The notes under the pieces were generated by a model that saw only the letters and a list, made by a program, of their open reading frames with translations, ran no database searches and was not told where the DNA came from. 64,000 nt of DNA from an uncultured Candidatus Binatia bacterium (GTDB lineage: Bacteria; Desulfobacterota; Binatia; Bin18), in NCBI GenBank assembly GCA_965214605.1, contig OZ243961.1, positions 2,912,001-2,976,000 of the forward strand, given 5' to 3'. Below are positions 19,566 to 29,858 of this stretch, in pieces. How positions within the stretch are numbered: position 1 is the stretch's first letter; each line of letters begins with the position of its first letter. Position numbers and translations under genes: made by a program.

Positions 19566-19580
19566 ATGAAGGAGTGCCGT

Positions 19581-20780
19581 ATGTCTCACTCCCATGTGTT
19601 AAACGGTTTACGCGTGCTTGACCTCACCCGTGCCTTGGCAGGCCCGAGTTGTACCCGGATGTTGGCCGAGATGGGAGCCGAGGTGATCAAAGTCGAATCG
19701 GCTCCGCATGGAGATATGGTGCGGAACGCGAGCACCTTTCGCAAGAAGCGCAGCCTGTATTATGTCCAGCATAATCGAGGTAAGAAGAGCCTGTGTGTCA
19801 ATCTACGCGATCCCCGGGGCATGGCCTTGGTTGTGTCACTCGTTGCTCAGGTCGATATCGTGGTCGAGAATTTCAAGCCCGGAGTTCTGGCCGATATGGG
19901 TCTAGATTACGAGCGGCTCAAGGAGCTGAAGTCCGATATCATCCTGTGCTCTATCTCGGCCATGGGCCAAACCGGACCACTGTCTCGTAAGCCGGGCTAC
20001 GATTATATTGCCCAAGCCTATGCCGGGACAACCTCAATGATTGGCGAGCCCGACGATGCACCGTATATTCCGGGGGTTGGCCTAGGAGATGTCAGCACCG
20101 GCGTCCACGCCGCCTTGGGGGTCCTGGCCGCCCTGCGGCACCGTGATCAGACCGGGCAGGGCCAGCACCTCGACGTGTACTACCACTATCACGAGGTCAA
20201 CGTTCACCAGCCACGGGCTACGGCCGGCCGGCTCAAGCCCAAGCCGGCTGGCCGCCACATGACCTATGCCTGCCCTGCGGGAGTTTTCCACGCCACCGAC
20301 GGCTATGTGGTGATTATGGCCCATTTGCACCACTGGAGAGACCTGTGCAAAGCCATCGATCGCCCCGACTTGGTCGATCACCCGGACTTCCAGACCGATA
20401 ATCTCCGTCTCAAACGCCGAGACACGGTGACCCAGATCCTTGAAGACTGGCTCCAGACGTTTCCCGATGTGCCTAGCGCGGTTGCCCACTTGGAAAAGTT
20501 TGGGGTTCCAGTCGCCCCGGTCTTATCGGTCATAGAAACGCTGGACTATCCGCACCTGCGTCAGCGTGGCACGGTGCGGACGATTACCGACCGTATCCAT
20601 GGCGAGCTTGACGTGCCAGGCTTTCCGATCAAGTTTTCGGCCTTTCCTGAAGAGTTGCCCCTCGAAGCCGCAACCTTAGGCCAACATAATGAGGAGATCG
20701 TGACGACGTATCTGGGGTAGACACCCGAGCAAGTGCAGCAGCTGCGAGAGGCTGGCGTGCTGGTGGAAAAGGAGATCTGA
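19581..20780 (+). pseudogene. CaiB/BaiF CoA-transferase paralogue with premature amber stop and 5-codon deletion
   Basis: Close paralogue of 18345-19565; TAG at 20718-20720 followed in frame by TPEQVQQLREAGVLVEKEI*; QHLDVYY versus QHLDIALLDVYY in the neighbour. Confidence 0.75.
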
Positions 20781-21332
20781 AATCCGGCCCTTGATGCCTG
20801 GGCGAGGAGCTATGCAAGGACCCCGGCAAATAGGAAAAGGGGCAGTTCGCGGTCTTGATGGTGCTGATTGTGGACCTCTTGCCGAGGCAGCCCTGCGCCC
20901 GTCGTCATCGGGCTGAGCGCCATTGTCTCCCTGGAAACGTTACACCGTACGAACATTCATGAGCCCAACGCAGGACCGGACTTGAGTGTCAAGTTCTCAA
21001 CGCGAGGCGGATGTGTCTGGATCGGGTACCCAGAGCGAAATCGTCCAACACGTTCCCCCTCGTCTGAATTAATGAGTAGACAATTGGTGTCGGTGGTCCA
21101 CAATAATGTCCCTCCTGACTGTGACAGTCGCAAGAACGGCTCTCGCGGTTCCGTGAAAGAAGTCCCGACCACTCGTGTCGCTGATCTGGATTGTGAAATG
21201 CTCTCTGTGGGTGCGATCCGCTTACTAGTGCGACGTCTGCCATCTTGGAACTTGTCACGTTGGACCGCTTCGTATAGTTCAACTACTCCCTAGGCGATTC
21301 GGACTATATCTAGATGATAAGGAGATGGTGCG

Positions 21333-22598
21333 ATGTCAATAGCCGACTTCGACCCGCTTGCTCCCGAGACCGTGGAGTGTCCCTACCCCTTCTACGCTGC
21401 CATGCGCTGTGAGGCTCCGGTCTATCAGGTGCCGGGTGCGGGATTCTTTATCGTCAGCCGCTATCAGGATATTAAAACCGTGCTACTCGACACGGCAACA
21501 TTCACCTCCAGAACCGGTCCTGGAGTGAGAAAGGAGCCGCCCAAAGAGGTGCTGGAAATCCTGTCCCAGGGATGGCTGCCGGTGGACACGCTTCTCACAA
21601 ATGATCCCCCTTCCCACCGTCGGTACCGGGGACTGGTCAATAAGGCCTTTACGCCGCGCCGGGTGGCTCTCATCGAACCCAGTGTCCGGACCATTGCCAA
21701 CACCTTGGTCGATGCCTTTATTGCCGACAGTCGGGTGGAGTTAGTGAGCCAGTTTGCTGTCCCGCTCCCGCTGACGGTGATCGCCAATGCCTTGGGCGTT
21801 CCGCCAGCCGATCAGGCGCTTTTCAAGCGCTGGTCTGACGATGCGGTAGCGCCCCTCGGCGGTATGATCACCCCGGAACGAGAGCTTGAGTGCGCCAAGA
21901 GCACAGTCGAGTTCCAGCGCTATTTTGCGGCCAAACTCGACGAAAGGCGAGCGGCTCCCCAGGACGATGTGCTGACGGATCTCATTAATGCCCGGCTTGA
22001 GGGAGAGACGCCGCTCAATACCGCCGAGATGCTGAACATTTTGCAACAGCTGCTTGTTGCCGGAAACGAAACGACGACAAACCTGATTGCCAGCGCTATG
22101 CTCTTACTGCTGCAAAATCCACAGCAGCTTGCCTCCGTCTGCGCCGATCGCTCCCTCATTCCCAACTTTGTTGAGGAAGCGCTCCGCTTCGAGTCGCCCG
22201 TTCAAGGACTCTTTCGTATGGCCAAGGTGGAGACCGAGTTGGGCGGAGTGAAGATCCCGGCCGGCTCGCGTCTCGTCCTCATGTACGCTTCGGGCAACCG
22301 TGATGACCAGGAGTTCCCTCAAGCCGACCGCTTCGATATCTGCCGGGCCAACGCTAAGGACCACTTCGCCTTTGGGGCCGGTATTCATTACTGTCTAGGA
22401 GCGTCGTTGGCCCGACTCGAAGCAACCGTGGCTTTTGAGACTCTGCTCGGTCGCCTTCCCCATATCCGGCTGGCCGAGGGTCAAAACGACTATACGCACA
22501 CGCCGAGTTTCATCCTGCGAGGGCTGAAAGCCCTGCATCTCGAGTTCGACCAAGAAGGGTCTGCCGAGACAGGGCCCGGTCTGTCTCGGCAGGTGTAG
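21333..22598 (+). CDS. Cytochrome P450
   Basis: I-helix AGNETT, EALR (ExxR), heme motif FGAGIHYCLG. Confidence 0.96.
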   Translation: MSIADFDPLAPETVECPYPFYAAMRCEAPVYQVPGAGFFIVSRYQDIKTVLLDTATFTSRTGPGVRKEPPKEVLEILSQGWLPVDTLLTNDPPSHRRYRGLVNKAFTPRRVALIEPSVRTIANTLVDAFIADSRVELVSQFAVPLPLTVIANALGVPPADQALFKRWSDDAVAPLGGMITPERELECAKSTVEFQRYFAAKLDERRAAPQDDVLTDLINARLEGETPLNTAEMLNILQQLLVAGNETTTNLIASAMLLLLQNPQQLASVCADRSLIPNFVEEALRFESPVQGLFRMAKVETELGGVKIPAGSRLVLMYASGNRDDQEFPQADRFDICRANAKDHFAFGAGIHYCLGASLARLEATVAFETLLGRLPHIRLAEGQNDYTHTPSFILRGLKALHLEFDQEGSAETGPGLSRQV

Positions 22599-22617
22599 CG
22601 TGCTCAGGAGGTAGACA

Positions 22618-22845
22618 ATGGCGAACAAACGCCGACATCCCCTGACCGGGGCGCTCTATGAATTACAGGAAGATGGCCAAGTGAAAGTTGTGGCTCGCGG
22701 GGGTGACGAAGGGATTTTCACCGCCCAAGGAGTATGGATCAAAGGAACGCTGACCCATGCTGACCCGCACCTATGTTTGTGGTTGGCCGGCCCGCAATTG
22801 CCCTCCCGCCACCGGGTCGCGCTCGAAGATTTGGCCCATGATTGA
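22618..22845 (+). CDS. Small hypothetical protein between P450 and Rieske oxygenase
   Basis: RBS AGGAGG, tight operon spacing (19 and 28 bp), protein-like 75-aa sequence. Confidence 0.75.
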   Translation: MANKRRHPLTGALYELQEDGQVKVVARGGDEGIFTAQGVWIKGTLTHADPHLCLWLAGPQLPSRHRVALEDLAHD

Positions 22846-22873
22846 TGAAGAGTGAACGTGAGGTGAAGCAGGT

Positions 22874-24286
22874 ATGACCGAAATTTTATCCGCCAAAGGC
22901 GACCGTTCGGACGGTCTATCGTATCAGGACCTGCTGAATACGGATTCTCATACCGTGCCTGCGGTGTTACGCCAGGAGAATCCGCTGGCCAGTGGAGTCC
23001 AGAAGGTCAATGTCGAGCGTTATATCTCCCGTGAGGCGCATGAACGCGAAAAAGAACGACTGTGGAGCCGGGTATGGCAGATGGCGTGTCGGGAAGAGGA
23101 CATTCCTGAAGTCGGAAGCTACACGGTCTACGATATTGCAGAGAAGTCCTATCTTGTCGTCCGCTCTGCACCGGATACGGTCCAGGCGTTCTACAACGCC
23201 TGCCGCCATCGTGGCCGGCTGCTGCGCGAAGAGCCGGGCCGCTCACCCGATCTCCGCTGTCCGTTTCACGGGTGGTGCTGGCATCTGGACGGCTCCTTAA
23301 AAGAAGTGCCGTGTCAGTGGGACTTCCCGGAAGTCACGCCCGAGGAATATCGTCTGCCAGAGGTGAAAGTCGGGCGGTGGGGTGGCTTTGTCTTTATTAA
23401 CCCCGATCTCCACTGCGGGCCCTTGGAACAGTTCCTTGGCGACCTGCCCCAACAGTTTACGCCGTGGCCGTTAGAGCACCGGTTTAAGCAGGCCCATGTA
23501 GCAAAAATCCTGCGCTGTAATTGGAAGGTCGCCCAGGAAGCTTTTATGGAAGCCTATCACGTTGTCGCAACCCATCCGCAGATTCTGGCCAGCATTGGCG
23601 ATGCGAACTCCCAGTACGATGTATGGGGCAACTACAGCCGGGCGATCACGCCAAACGCAACGCCAAGCCCTCATCTGAATTGGACGCCAACCGAACAAGA
23701 TATGCTGGACGCGATGATGGATCGGAATCTTGACGAGCCGCCCGTGGCAACCGTGCCGGACGGGATGACCGCTCGTGAGTTTGTCGGGACCACTGGGCGT
23801 AAGGCCATGCGGCCCATCTTTGGCGATACTGTTGAGCGTTTCAGCGATGCCGAGATGACGGATAGCTTCTACTTTACCCTCTTTCCAAATTTCCATCCGT
23901 GGGGAGCGTTCAATCGGATTACCTACCGTTTTCGACCCTATGGTGACGATCACCGGATGTCGATTATGGAGTGCATGTATCTGGCACCCTATCTGCCGGG
24001 TGAACGGCCGCCCGCCGCACCCATCCACTGGCTCGGGCCGGATGATGACTGGACCGAAGCCTCAGAGCTCGGCCTCCTGGCCCGCGTATTTAATCAAGAC
24101 GTCTACAATCTGCCTAAGGTGCAGCGCGGATTGGAGGCGGCCAAAAAGCCCGGCTACGTGACTTTTGCTAGCTACGCCGAGACTAAGCCCCGTCATTTTC
24201 ATCAGCTGTATGAGCGGTGGGTAGAAGCGGAGGCCGGGTCTCCACGGACGAACAACATCTCGACCTGCAACGGGACGCCCTGCTAG
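22874..24286 (+). CDS. Rieske non-heme iron aromatic ring-hydroxylating oxygenase alpha subunit
   Basis: Rieske CRH...CPFH; mononuclear Fe site NWK..EAFMEAYHV..TH and NQD. Confidence 0.94.
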   Translation: MTEILSAKGDRSDGLSYQDLLNTDSHTVPAVLRQENPLASGVQKVNVERYISREAHEREKERLWSRVWQMACREEDIPEVGSYTVYDIAEKSYLVVRSAPDTVQAFYNACRHRGRLLREEPGRSPDLRCPFHGWCWHLDGSLKEVPCQWDFPEVTPEEYRLPEVKVGRWGGFVFINPDLHCGPLEQFLGDLPQQFTPWPLEHRFKQAHVAKILRCNWKVAQEAFMEAYHVVATHPQILASIGDANSQYDVWGNYSRAITPNATPSPHLNWTPTEQDMLDAMMDRNLDEPPVATVPDGMTAREFVGTTGRKAMRPIFGDTVERFSDAEMTDSFYFTLFPNFHPWGAFNRITYRFRPYGDDHRMSIMECMYLAPYLPGERPPAAPIHWLGPDDDWTEASELGLLARVFNQDVYNLPKVQRGLEAAKKPGYVTFASYAETKPRHFHQLYERWVEAEAGSPRTNNISTCNGTPC

Positions 24287-24762
24287 CCGCTGAGTGCACG
24301 ACCATTTATCAGGATGAGGGTATCAGCGGGCCGACGCAGGACCGCCCCGGCCTGGCGCAGGCGTTGGCGGCGTGAGGCGCCACGGATACGCTAGTCGTCT
24401 GGAAACTGGATCGCTTGGGACGCTCGCTCGGGTTCCTGTGTCGGCTGATTGAAGAGTTAGGCCAGCAGCAGACGGGATTTCTCAGCCTCACCGATGGGAG
24501 CGATACGGCCACCAGTGCCGGCAAGCTGGTGTTTCAATGATGGGAGCGTTGGCCGAGTTTGAGCAGGCCCTGATCCGCGAGCGGACGAAGGCGGGCATGC
24601 ACGCCGCGCAGCAACGCGGCAAACATGTCGGCCGGCCCCGGACGCTCACGCTCCACCAAGTCATCTACGCCCGGGAGTTGCTCGCTGCGGGGCAGTAGTG
24701 GCCCAGCTCTTTGGGGTCTCCCCTAATACGATGGGGCGAGCGGTCAAGCGCGTCACCCGGTA
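24235..24762 (+). pseudogene. Serine recombinase (resolvase/invertase) pseudogene
   Basis: Manual translation RVSTDEQHLDLQRDAL...IYQDEGISG...DRPGL..AL.A*..DTLVVWKLDRLGRS...DTATSAGKLVF (frameshift) MGALAEFE.ALIRERT.AG..AA..RGK..GRP, then HTH-like VAQLFGVSPNT. Confidence 0.9.
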
Positions 24763-25020
24763 AGGACCGTGGGCATGGACATTCACCGCGCGCCGGGAGT
24801 ACACGGCAATGACTTCCGCCGGCGGAGTGAGGCGTGGGATCTGATCGACCTCGACAACGGAGAAGCTTTGAGCGGGGTACGCGCCAGGAGCCAGGTAGGA
24901 GAACGCGAGCGAGACGGCGCCGGTACTGTCGATTTTGAGCGTCAAGCGCAGAGGGCTGGCCCGCTAAGCGGCCCCTGTACTACACAGCGGGCAGCAGCGA
25001 GAACCGGCAGGAGCGAGACA

Positions 25021-25365
25021 ATGAACCAACGGATTCTGCATGTCACGTTGAATACCGGGCGGATGGCCGTACAGCAGCCCGGCGCGATCCAGCCGGAAAC
25101 CCTGAAAGTGCTCCGGCCGCGCGTGGCCCGGCTCTTGAATAGACAGCCGGGCCTCCAAATGCAATGGCTCGGCTTGCCGCTCCCCTTTTTCCCGTTTGAG
25201 CTAACCAGCAAGGCCGACGCCTATGGGCCGCTCTTTTTCGTACGGTGGGGTGGGGAGAAGAAAGGCCTCGCCCGCTTTGCCGTGGGCACCAACCGCACGG
25301 CGGATGCTAGCCTCTGGGAGTTGATCCATCAACTCGGCCGGGCGAGCTGCCGAGGCGGCCGGTGA
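25021..25365 (+). CDS. Hypothetical protein (possibly a fragment)
   Basis: ATG with AGGAG-like RBS; no recognisable motif. Confidence 0.35.
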   Translation: MNQRILHVTLNTGRMAVQQPGAIQPETLKVLRPRVARLLNRQPGLQMQWLGLPLPFFPFELTSKADAYGPLFFVRWGGEKKGLARFAVGTNRTADASLWELIHQLGRASCRGGR

Positions 25366-25824
25366 CACACCCCCTCTACCGGCCGCGCGGGCCGTGGTGT
25401 GCCACTGTGCGTCACACAACACGACGGCTGCTCGACGCTGCTACGGCCGCCCAGCTCGGCGAGATCGAGCGCGGGGTGACGTGGGCTGTGGTACAGATGG
25501 GAGGGAAGAAAGGCCAGTAGGGAGCCGCTCCGCCCCCTCTCGGGCGGCACTTGAGGGAAGGCCAGGATGTTTCACCCTGTCTTGAAAGAGCAAAGGCCGT
25601 GAGCTTGCCGTAAGCAGCCGAGTCCATCTGTAGGGTCTGGAGGCGGGGTGAGTGGTTGGAGAAGACTGGACAGCGGAAGGGCAGGCGGCCGGGTGGCTGC
25701 TCGGGACACGTCCCACTGTTGTTCTCCCGCCGGTGTCGCTAGGAGAAGCTTGACACTTCGGGTTATCGGACGTAGCGGCCTGAGTGGGGGAGCGGCTGTT
25801 GAGCCGTGGCTGAGCAAACGGGGA

Positions 25825-26530
25825 CTAAAATTCGTGGAGGGCTATGCCCTCTGTATATTCTCCATCATGGCGGTTGTAGTGATACAAGGTCACCCTAGGA
25901 ATTGCTCCCACAATAGTACCAACGATGAATGCCAAAGAGGAAGGGATACCGAGTAAGAGATGCACTGGGCGATCTTCGTCAACATAAGAGAAAATTAATG
26001 AGGCAATCTCCTGCGCAAGATCAACCCCAGTTCTCATGCAGGGGAATATGCCCCTTGGCGGCCTTCAGCCGTACGTAGACGATCTCCTTATCCGCGGTTT
26101 CAGGATAGGGGTGGGGAAGTTCGTGAGCTGTGAAATCGAGGATAACAAGAGCGGGTTGAGGTCCACTATGACCGTTAGGCTTCGATTCAACCCTAATCAG
26201 CTTGTAGTCATCTACTCTTTTATTTAACAGGTGATAGCCTTCGTTCTGGTCAATATTCTCCGAACTGAACACGACCGCATAGGGGTCTTTCACCATTCCT
26301 GCATGCTGATAGACCTTCATTGATACACGGCGCCCTCTTTGTGCGCCCAAAGCGAATGCAACTGGGGCAGGTGACGCGAAGAAAAAGTGGTAGACAGGTT
26401 GAATCGGCACTCGGTTAGTAAGGCGGTCGAAATGGCGGCCAATGTCGGCGGTTCGATTTCTCCAACAAGGGGAAGTGAGATCCAGCCGCTGCTCGTTGAA
26501 ATAGGTCCAATCGCTTTGGTGGATCTGATC
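25825..26530 (-). pseudogene. SAVED-domain gene remnant (5'-truncated, one frameshift)
   Basis: Two tandem CARF-like motifs YHFFFASPAPVAFALG...KVYQH and VHLLLGIPSSLAFIVG...TLYHY; frames join if one G is removed from the G-run near 26030 (LHENW-VDLAQEI). Confidence 0.75.
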
Positions 26531-26927
26531 CGGCGAGGTATCAGCCCCCATGCCTTCGCCAGCGATGGGCATCGCTGGCACGTCCGCGCCTTCTGCCACA
26601 TTGACCACAAGTTTAAGGACTTTCTTCTATCTCGCTGCCTGGAGTGTAAGATGGTTGGCGCTGCCAAAGCCGAACCGGTCGAAGATACTCACTGGAACGA
26701 AGTCGTTAAGCTACGGCTCAAGCCGAACCCAAAACTATCAAAATCACAACGGAAGGTGATCGCGACTGATTATCGTATGGACAACGATGAATTGATCATT
26801 CCTGTCCGGAAAGCACTGCTCTACTATTTTCAAAGTTGACAAAGCGCTGGATAACCCACAGGAAACGCCCGTGGTGATTGTCAACAAGGCCGTCTTCGAG
26901 AAGGCCTTTGAGGAGACGAAGGCGTGA
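26530..26927 (+). pseudogene. CapW-like WYL-domain regulator, C-terminal remnant
   Basis: RRGISPHAFASDGHRWHVRAFC...FKDFLLSR...D.HW...LKPNPKLSKSQR.VI.TDY.M...L.IPVRKALLYYF; continues after a frameshift as ...PQETPVVIVN...KA*. Confidence 0.8.
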
Positions 26928-27198
26928 GATTGGAAAGAGAGGGAGTTGGTTGGGTGCAGATTCCGGGCAAAGTGAAGAGCGTTCCGGGACGGCTTGTGTG
27001 CGCTAGAATAGAAAAGAGGTCGAGAACCGTGTCCGAGTCTAGCGAAGAACGGAACGGCCGGCAGTGGAAGGCTTGGCTGTTTGTCTCGAAAGTCGCTCGG
27101 CTTTCTACAGCTCATGTTGACACTGCTCTTGAGGACCGTGCGTGCGAGGTCCTAGAGAAGTCATGGTCTTCTAGGCCGGTAATAAGCCATGTCTCTGC

Positions 27199-27879
27199 TT
27201 ACGGCACATAATTTTGACGGGCGCAGCCCCCTGGGCTCCAGTATTGTTTTTCAATCGCCCAGAGTGCTGTTGGAGTCGCGTTTCGCAGCACGATCCGATT
27301 CTGGACACCGGGAAAGAAGGTCAGCCCAGTCAGCTCTTCGATCTTTGCCACTGATGCCAGCCGTGGCCTGTGATCGTACACATGGCCGGCCTTCCTCGCC
27401 CCGCTGCAGTTGATCCATGTTTCCAGAGGTCTTGGCTGTCCATCGCTGTCCTCCTCGTATGCCTGCGGAAAGAGAAATGCCAAGGCATCAACATTGCCCC
27501 CTTCCGTCTCTCTTACCGCGACCTTGAACAGAGCATGGGGAACGGCGACGGGAACCTCGCCCTTTTCGGCTTCGCCAATAAAGCCAATCGCTTTGTCCTT
27601 CTCGAAGACTGGCCCGGCGATGATCCACAGCCGACCGAATTTGTTAGCGGCTGCCGCCGTGTAGTCCTCAAGATGACGCCACGGTCCCTGGTTCATGTCT
27701 GCAGCTTGCGGCAGCGCGTTCCAGAAAAAATGGGTATTGCAGGAGGCCTGCCAGCTGATCCGCTGAGCATGATTGGCCATCGCCAAATGGCCACGATTCC
27801 ACACACGGCCGATCCCGCCATAGCTGTTATCGATCCGCTTCTTTGTCACGTCGGCCCGGTCAGTCCCATAGAAAAGATA
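27199..27879 (-). pseudogene. DNA/RNA non-specific (NucA/EndoG-type) endonuclease, 3' part; interrupted by IS1595
   Basis: NRGHLA (DRGH-type motif), NALPQ..DMNQGPWRHLE, IIAGPVF, VAVPHALFKV, IEELTGLTFF. Confidence 0.85.
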
Positions 27880-27905
27880 GGGAATTATATACTTGCGTAC
27901 CAAAA

Positions 27906-28088
27906 TCATCCTGCTTGCCGCGTCCGTTTCCGGCCCGTTACTGCTTCATAATCCCAATGTTTCTTAGGCTTTGCGCCTAATACGACTTCCGCTATCCGTT
28001 CAGGTGAAGCGTCAATCCGCTCGGGCATGGCGTACTTGAGGGGACGGCCCTTCGGTTTCTTGGGTTTGCTCGGTTTCTTCAGTTTCAT
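27906..28088 (-). CDS. Small basic IS-encoded protein (60 aa)
   Basis: RBS AGGAG; MKLKKPSKPKKPKGRPLKYAMPERIDASPERIAEVVLGAKPKKHWDY; stop codon abuts the TIR. Confidence 0.65.
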   Translation of the reverse strand: MKLKKPSKPKKPKGRPLKYAMPERIDASPERIAEVVLGAKPKKHWDYEAVTGRKRTRQAG

Positions 28089-28215
28089 GTCGTTGCTCCT
28101 TTTATCACTCCCCAAAAGGCTTGACGGTTCTGTCTCGTTTCTTTACAGACCGTCTGCATGGATGTGGACGAATATATTGCTCTTTTCCGGCCTAACTCGA
28201 AACAACTGAAAACAT

Positions 28216-28812
28216 TTAAGGTGCTTTCTGACCAAGCATGGCACTGTCGAGAATGCGCGTATACTCATGTTGCCTCCGGGCAGATTGCTGGCAGTCGCCC
28301 TTAGGCATAATAAAATCCCCTCCGTTCGTGCGGAGACGGCGGGGGATTTGCTGCTCGCACACATAGGCTTGGCTGATGGTGTAGGGTGGGTCAGTGAGAA
28401 GGAGATCAACGGACTGGTCTTCTAACTGCTGTGCGCCTGCAATCCCGTCTCCATACAACAGGCCAGTCTGTTTGGTCTGGGATGTGCACTGCTCGATAGT
28501 AGCCGTGTGTTCGCTCGTTGGTGCGCGTAAAGCTGCGGCAATCGCTTGGGCCAATTCTTCTTGGTTTGGCGCTTGTGTCACCTGAAAATGCCCATCTAAT
28601 TGCACTTCCCCAACAGAGGCTGCAGGCCGACCCCGCTTGACAAGAAGTGGGACGACCCAGCCCTGATTGTCCATAGAAACTGGTGTACCGAGTGCAAGTT
28701 GCTGCCGTTCGCCATTGAGAGTGGTAGACATCCAGAGATTCACCGCACTCTTGGCATAGAGCTTGGTGGAGGACGCCTGGATTTTGCCTGCTGCCTGCCT
28801 ACTCGTTCCCAT
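28216..28812 (-). pseudogene. N4/N6 DNA methyltransferase, N-terminal fragment (IS passenger)
   Basis: LLYGDG...LEDQSVDLLLTDPPY (motif IV, beta-class order); no SAM-binding FxGxG motif before the stop. Confidence 0.75.
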
Positions 28813-28826
28813 CTCCTTCCCCTCCT

Positions 28827-29768
28827 TTATGCGGTCAAGTCTTTGTACTGAAGCTGCTTGCCAACCATGCTGTGAGTCAGCGCGTCCATTTGCTCTGCCG
28901 TGTCCAACGGACGGGCATTATGTCGGCCTGAGAACTCTTGAACGTAGCGGTCTAAGTGCTTCTCGCTCATATGGTGATAGGTCCCGTGGTAGCCGCGCTT
29001 CAGCATCGCCCAGAAGGACTCTATGCCGTTGGTATGGGCTTGGTCCTTCACGTATTCGCTCACACTATGCTTGACGGATTCGTGATTCTCTAGTCCCTCA
29101 TAGCTCCGATGTTCATCCGTGTAGACCTTCGCTCCCTCTTCCCGGTTCTCGTTCACAAAGCCTTGCAAGGTAGGTGCGTCTGTGTGTTCAACCACGGTCG
29201 CCTTGACGGTGTTCGTGTCTCGGTCCTTGATCCCGACTACAGCAGTCTTGCCGACCGGCCCACGGCCTGCTTTGCGTTTCTTGCTGTTGTGTTTGTTCTT
29301 CTCATGGCCACCCACATACGCCTCGTCCACTTCCACCGGCCCGGCCATCTTGGCCGTTTCGTCGTTCCACATTTCCCGGATTCGGTGGGCCAAGTGCCAC
29401 GCGGCCTTTTGCGTGATGTCCAAGTCCCGGTGTAGCTTCATGGAACTCACACCCTTCAAGTGGGTGCTGTACAGGTAGAACGCCAAGGCCCACTTGCTGA
29501 GCGGCAACTTTGACTGGTGCATGATGGTGTCGGTCTTGACGGTGAAGTTCTTGCCACAGCCCTTGCAATGGTATTCCGGGGTCTGGCGCTTGCTCGTTCG
29601 GCTGGAAATGGCGTCGCTGTCACACTTCGGGCAGTGAATGCCGTTCGGCCACCGCCGTGCTACAAACCACGCTTCCGCCTTGGCATCATCGCCAAACTGC
29701 TGTATGGCTTGGACAAGGCTGACGCCTGTGCGGTAGTGTTTTCCAGGTGCGTTGTGGGCTTGACTCAT
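28827..29768 (-). CDS. IS1595-family DDE transposase
   Basis: Zn ribbon CPKC...CKGC, HTH SSMKLHRDL.ITQKAAW, VEVDEAY, YTDE, HTNGIESFWAMLKRG, YVQEF..RHN. Confidence 0.96.
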   Translation of the reverse strand: MSQAHNAPGKHYRTGVSLVQAIQQFGDDAKAEAWFVARRWPNGIHCPKCDSDAISSRTSKRQTPEYHCKGCGKNFTVKTDTIMHQSKLPLSKWALAFYLYSTHLKGVSSMKLHRDLDITQKAAWHLAHRIREMWNDETAKMAGPVEVDEAYVGGHEKNKHNSKKRKAGRGPVGKTAVVGIKDRDTNTVKATVVEHTDAPTLQGFVNENREEGAKVYTDEHRSYEGLENHESVKHSVSEYVKDQAHTNGIESFWAMLKRGYHGTYHHMSEKHLDRYVQEFSGRHNARPLDTAEQMDALTHSMVGKQLQYKDLTA

Positions 29769-29858
29769 GGCTGTTTTCTCCCTCTAATTTATGGACTTAG
29801 TGTACCAAAATCATGGAGTGTTGTCAAGGGATTTTTGGTACACAAGTATATAATTCCC

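Larger units (their letters stand above)
27880..29858 (-). mobile_element. IS1595-family element with passenger genes (1979 bp)
   Basis: 26-bp TIRs gggaattatatacttg(c/t)gtaccaaaa at 27880-27905 and 29833-29858 (1 mismatch); 8-bp TSD aaaagata at 27872-27879 and 29859-29866; transposase inside. Confidence 0.95.

Noticed and set aside
20830-21330. Short ORFs upstream of P450
   Set aside because: No RBS or recognisable motif; treated as intergenic or unidentifiable remnant.
26530-26608. N-terminus of the 195-aa minus-strand ORF as part of the SAVED protein
   Set aside because: It is the antisense of the WYL remnant; likewise the first ~45 aa of ORF 26387-26839 are antisense of SAVED. Both ORF-track entries are chimeric.
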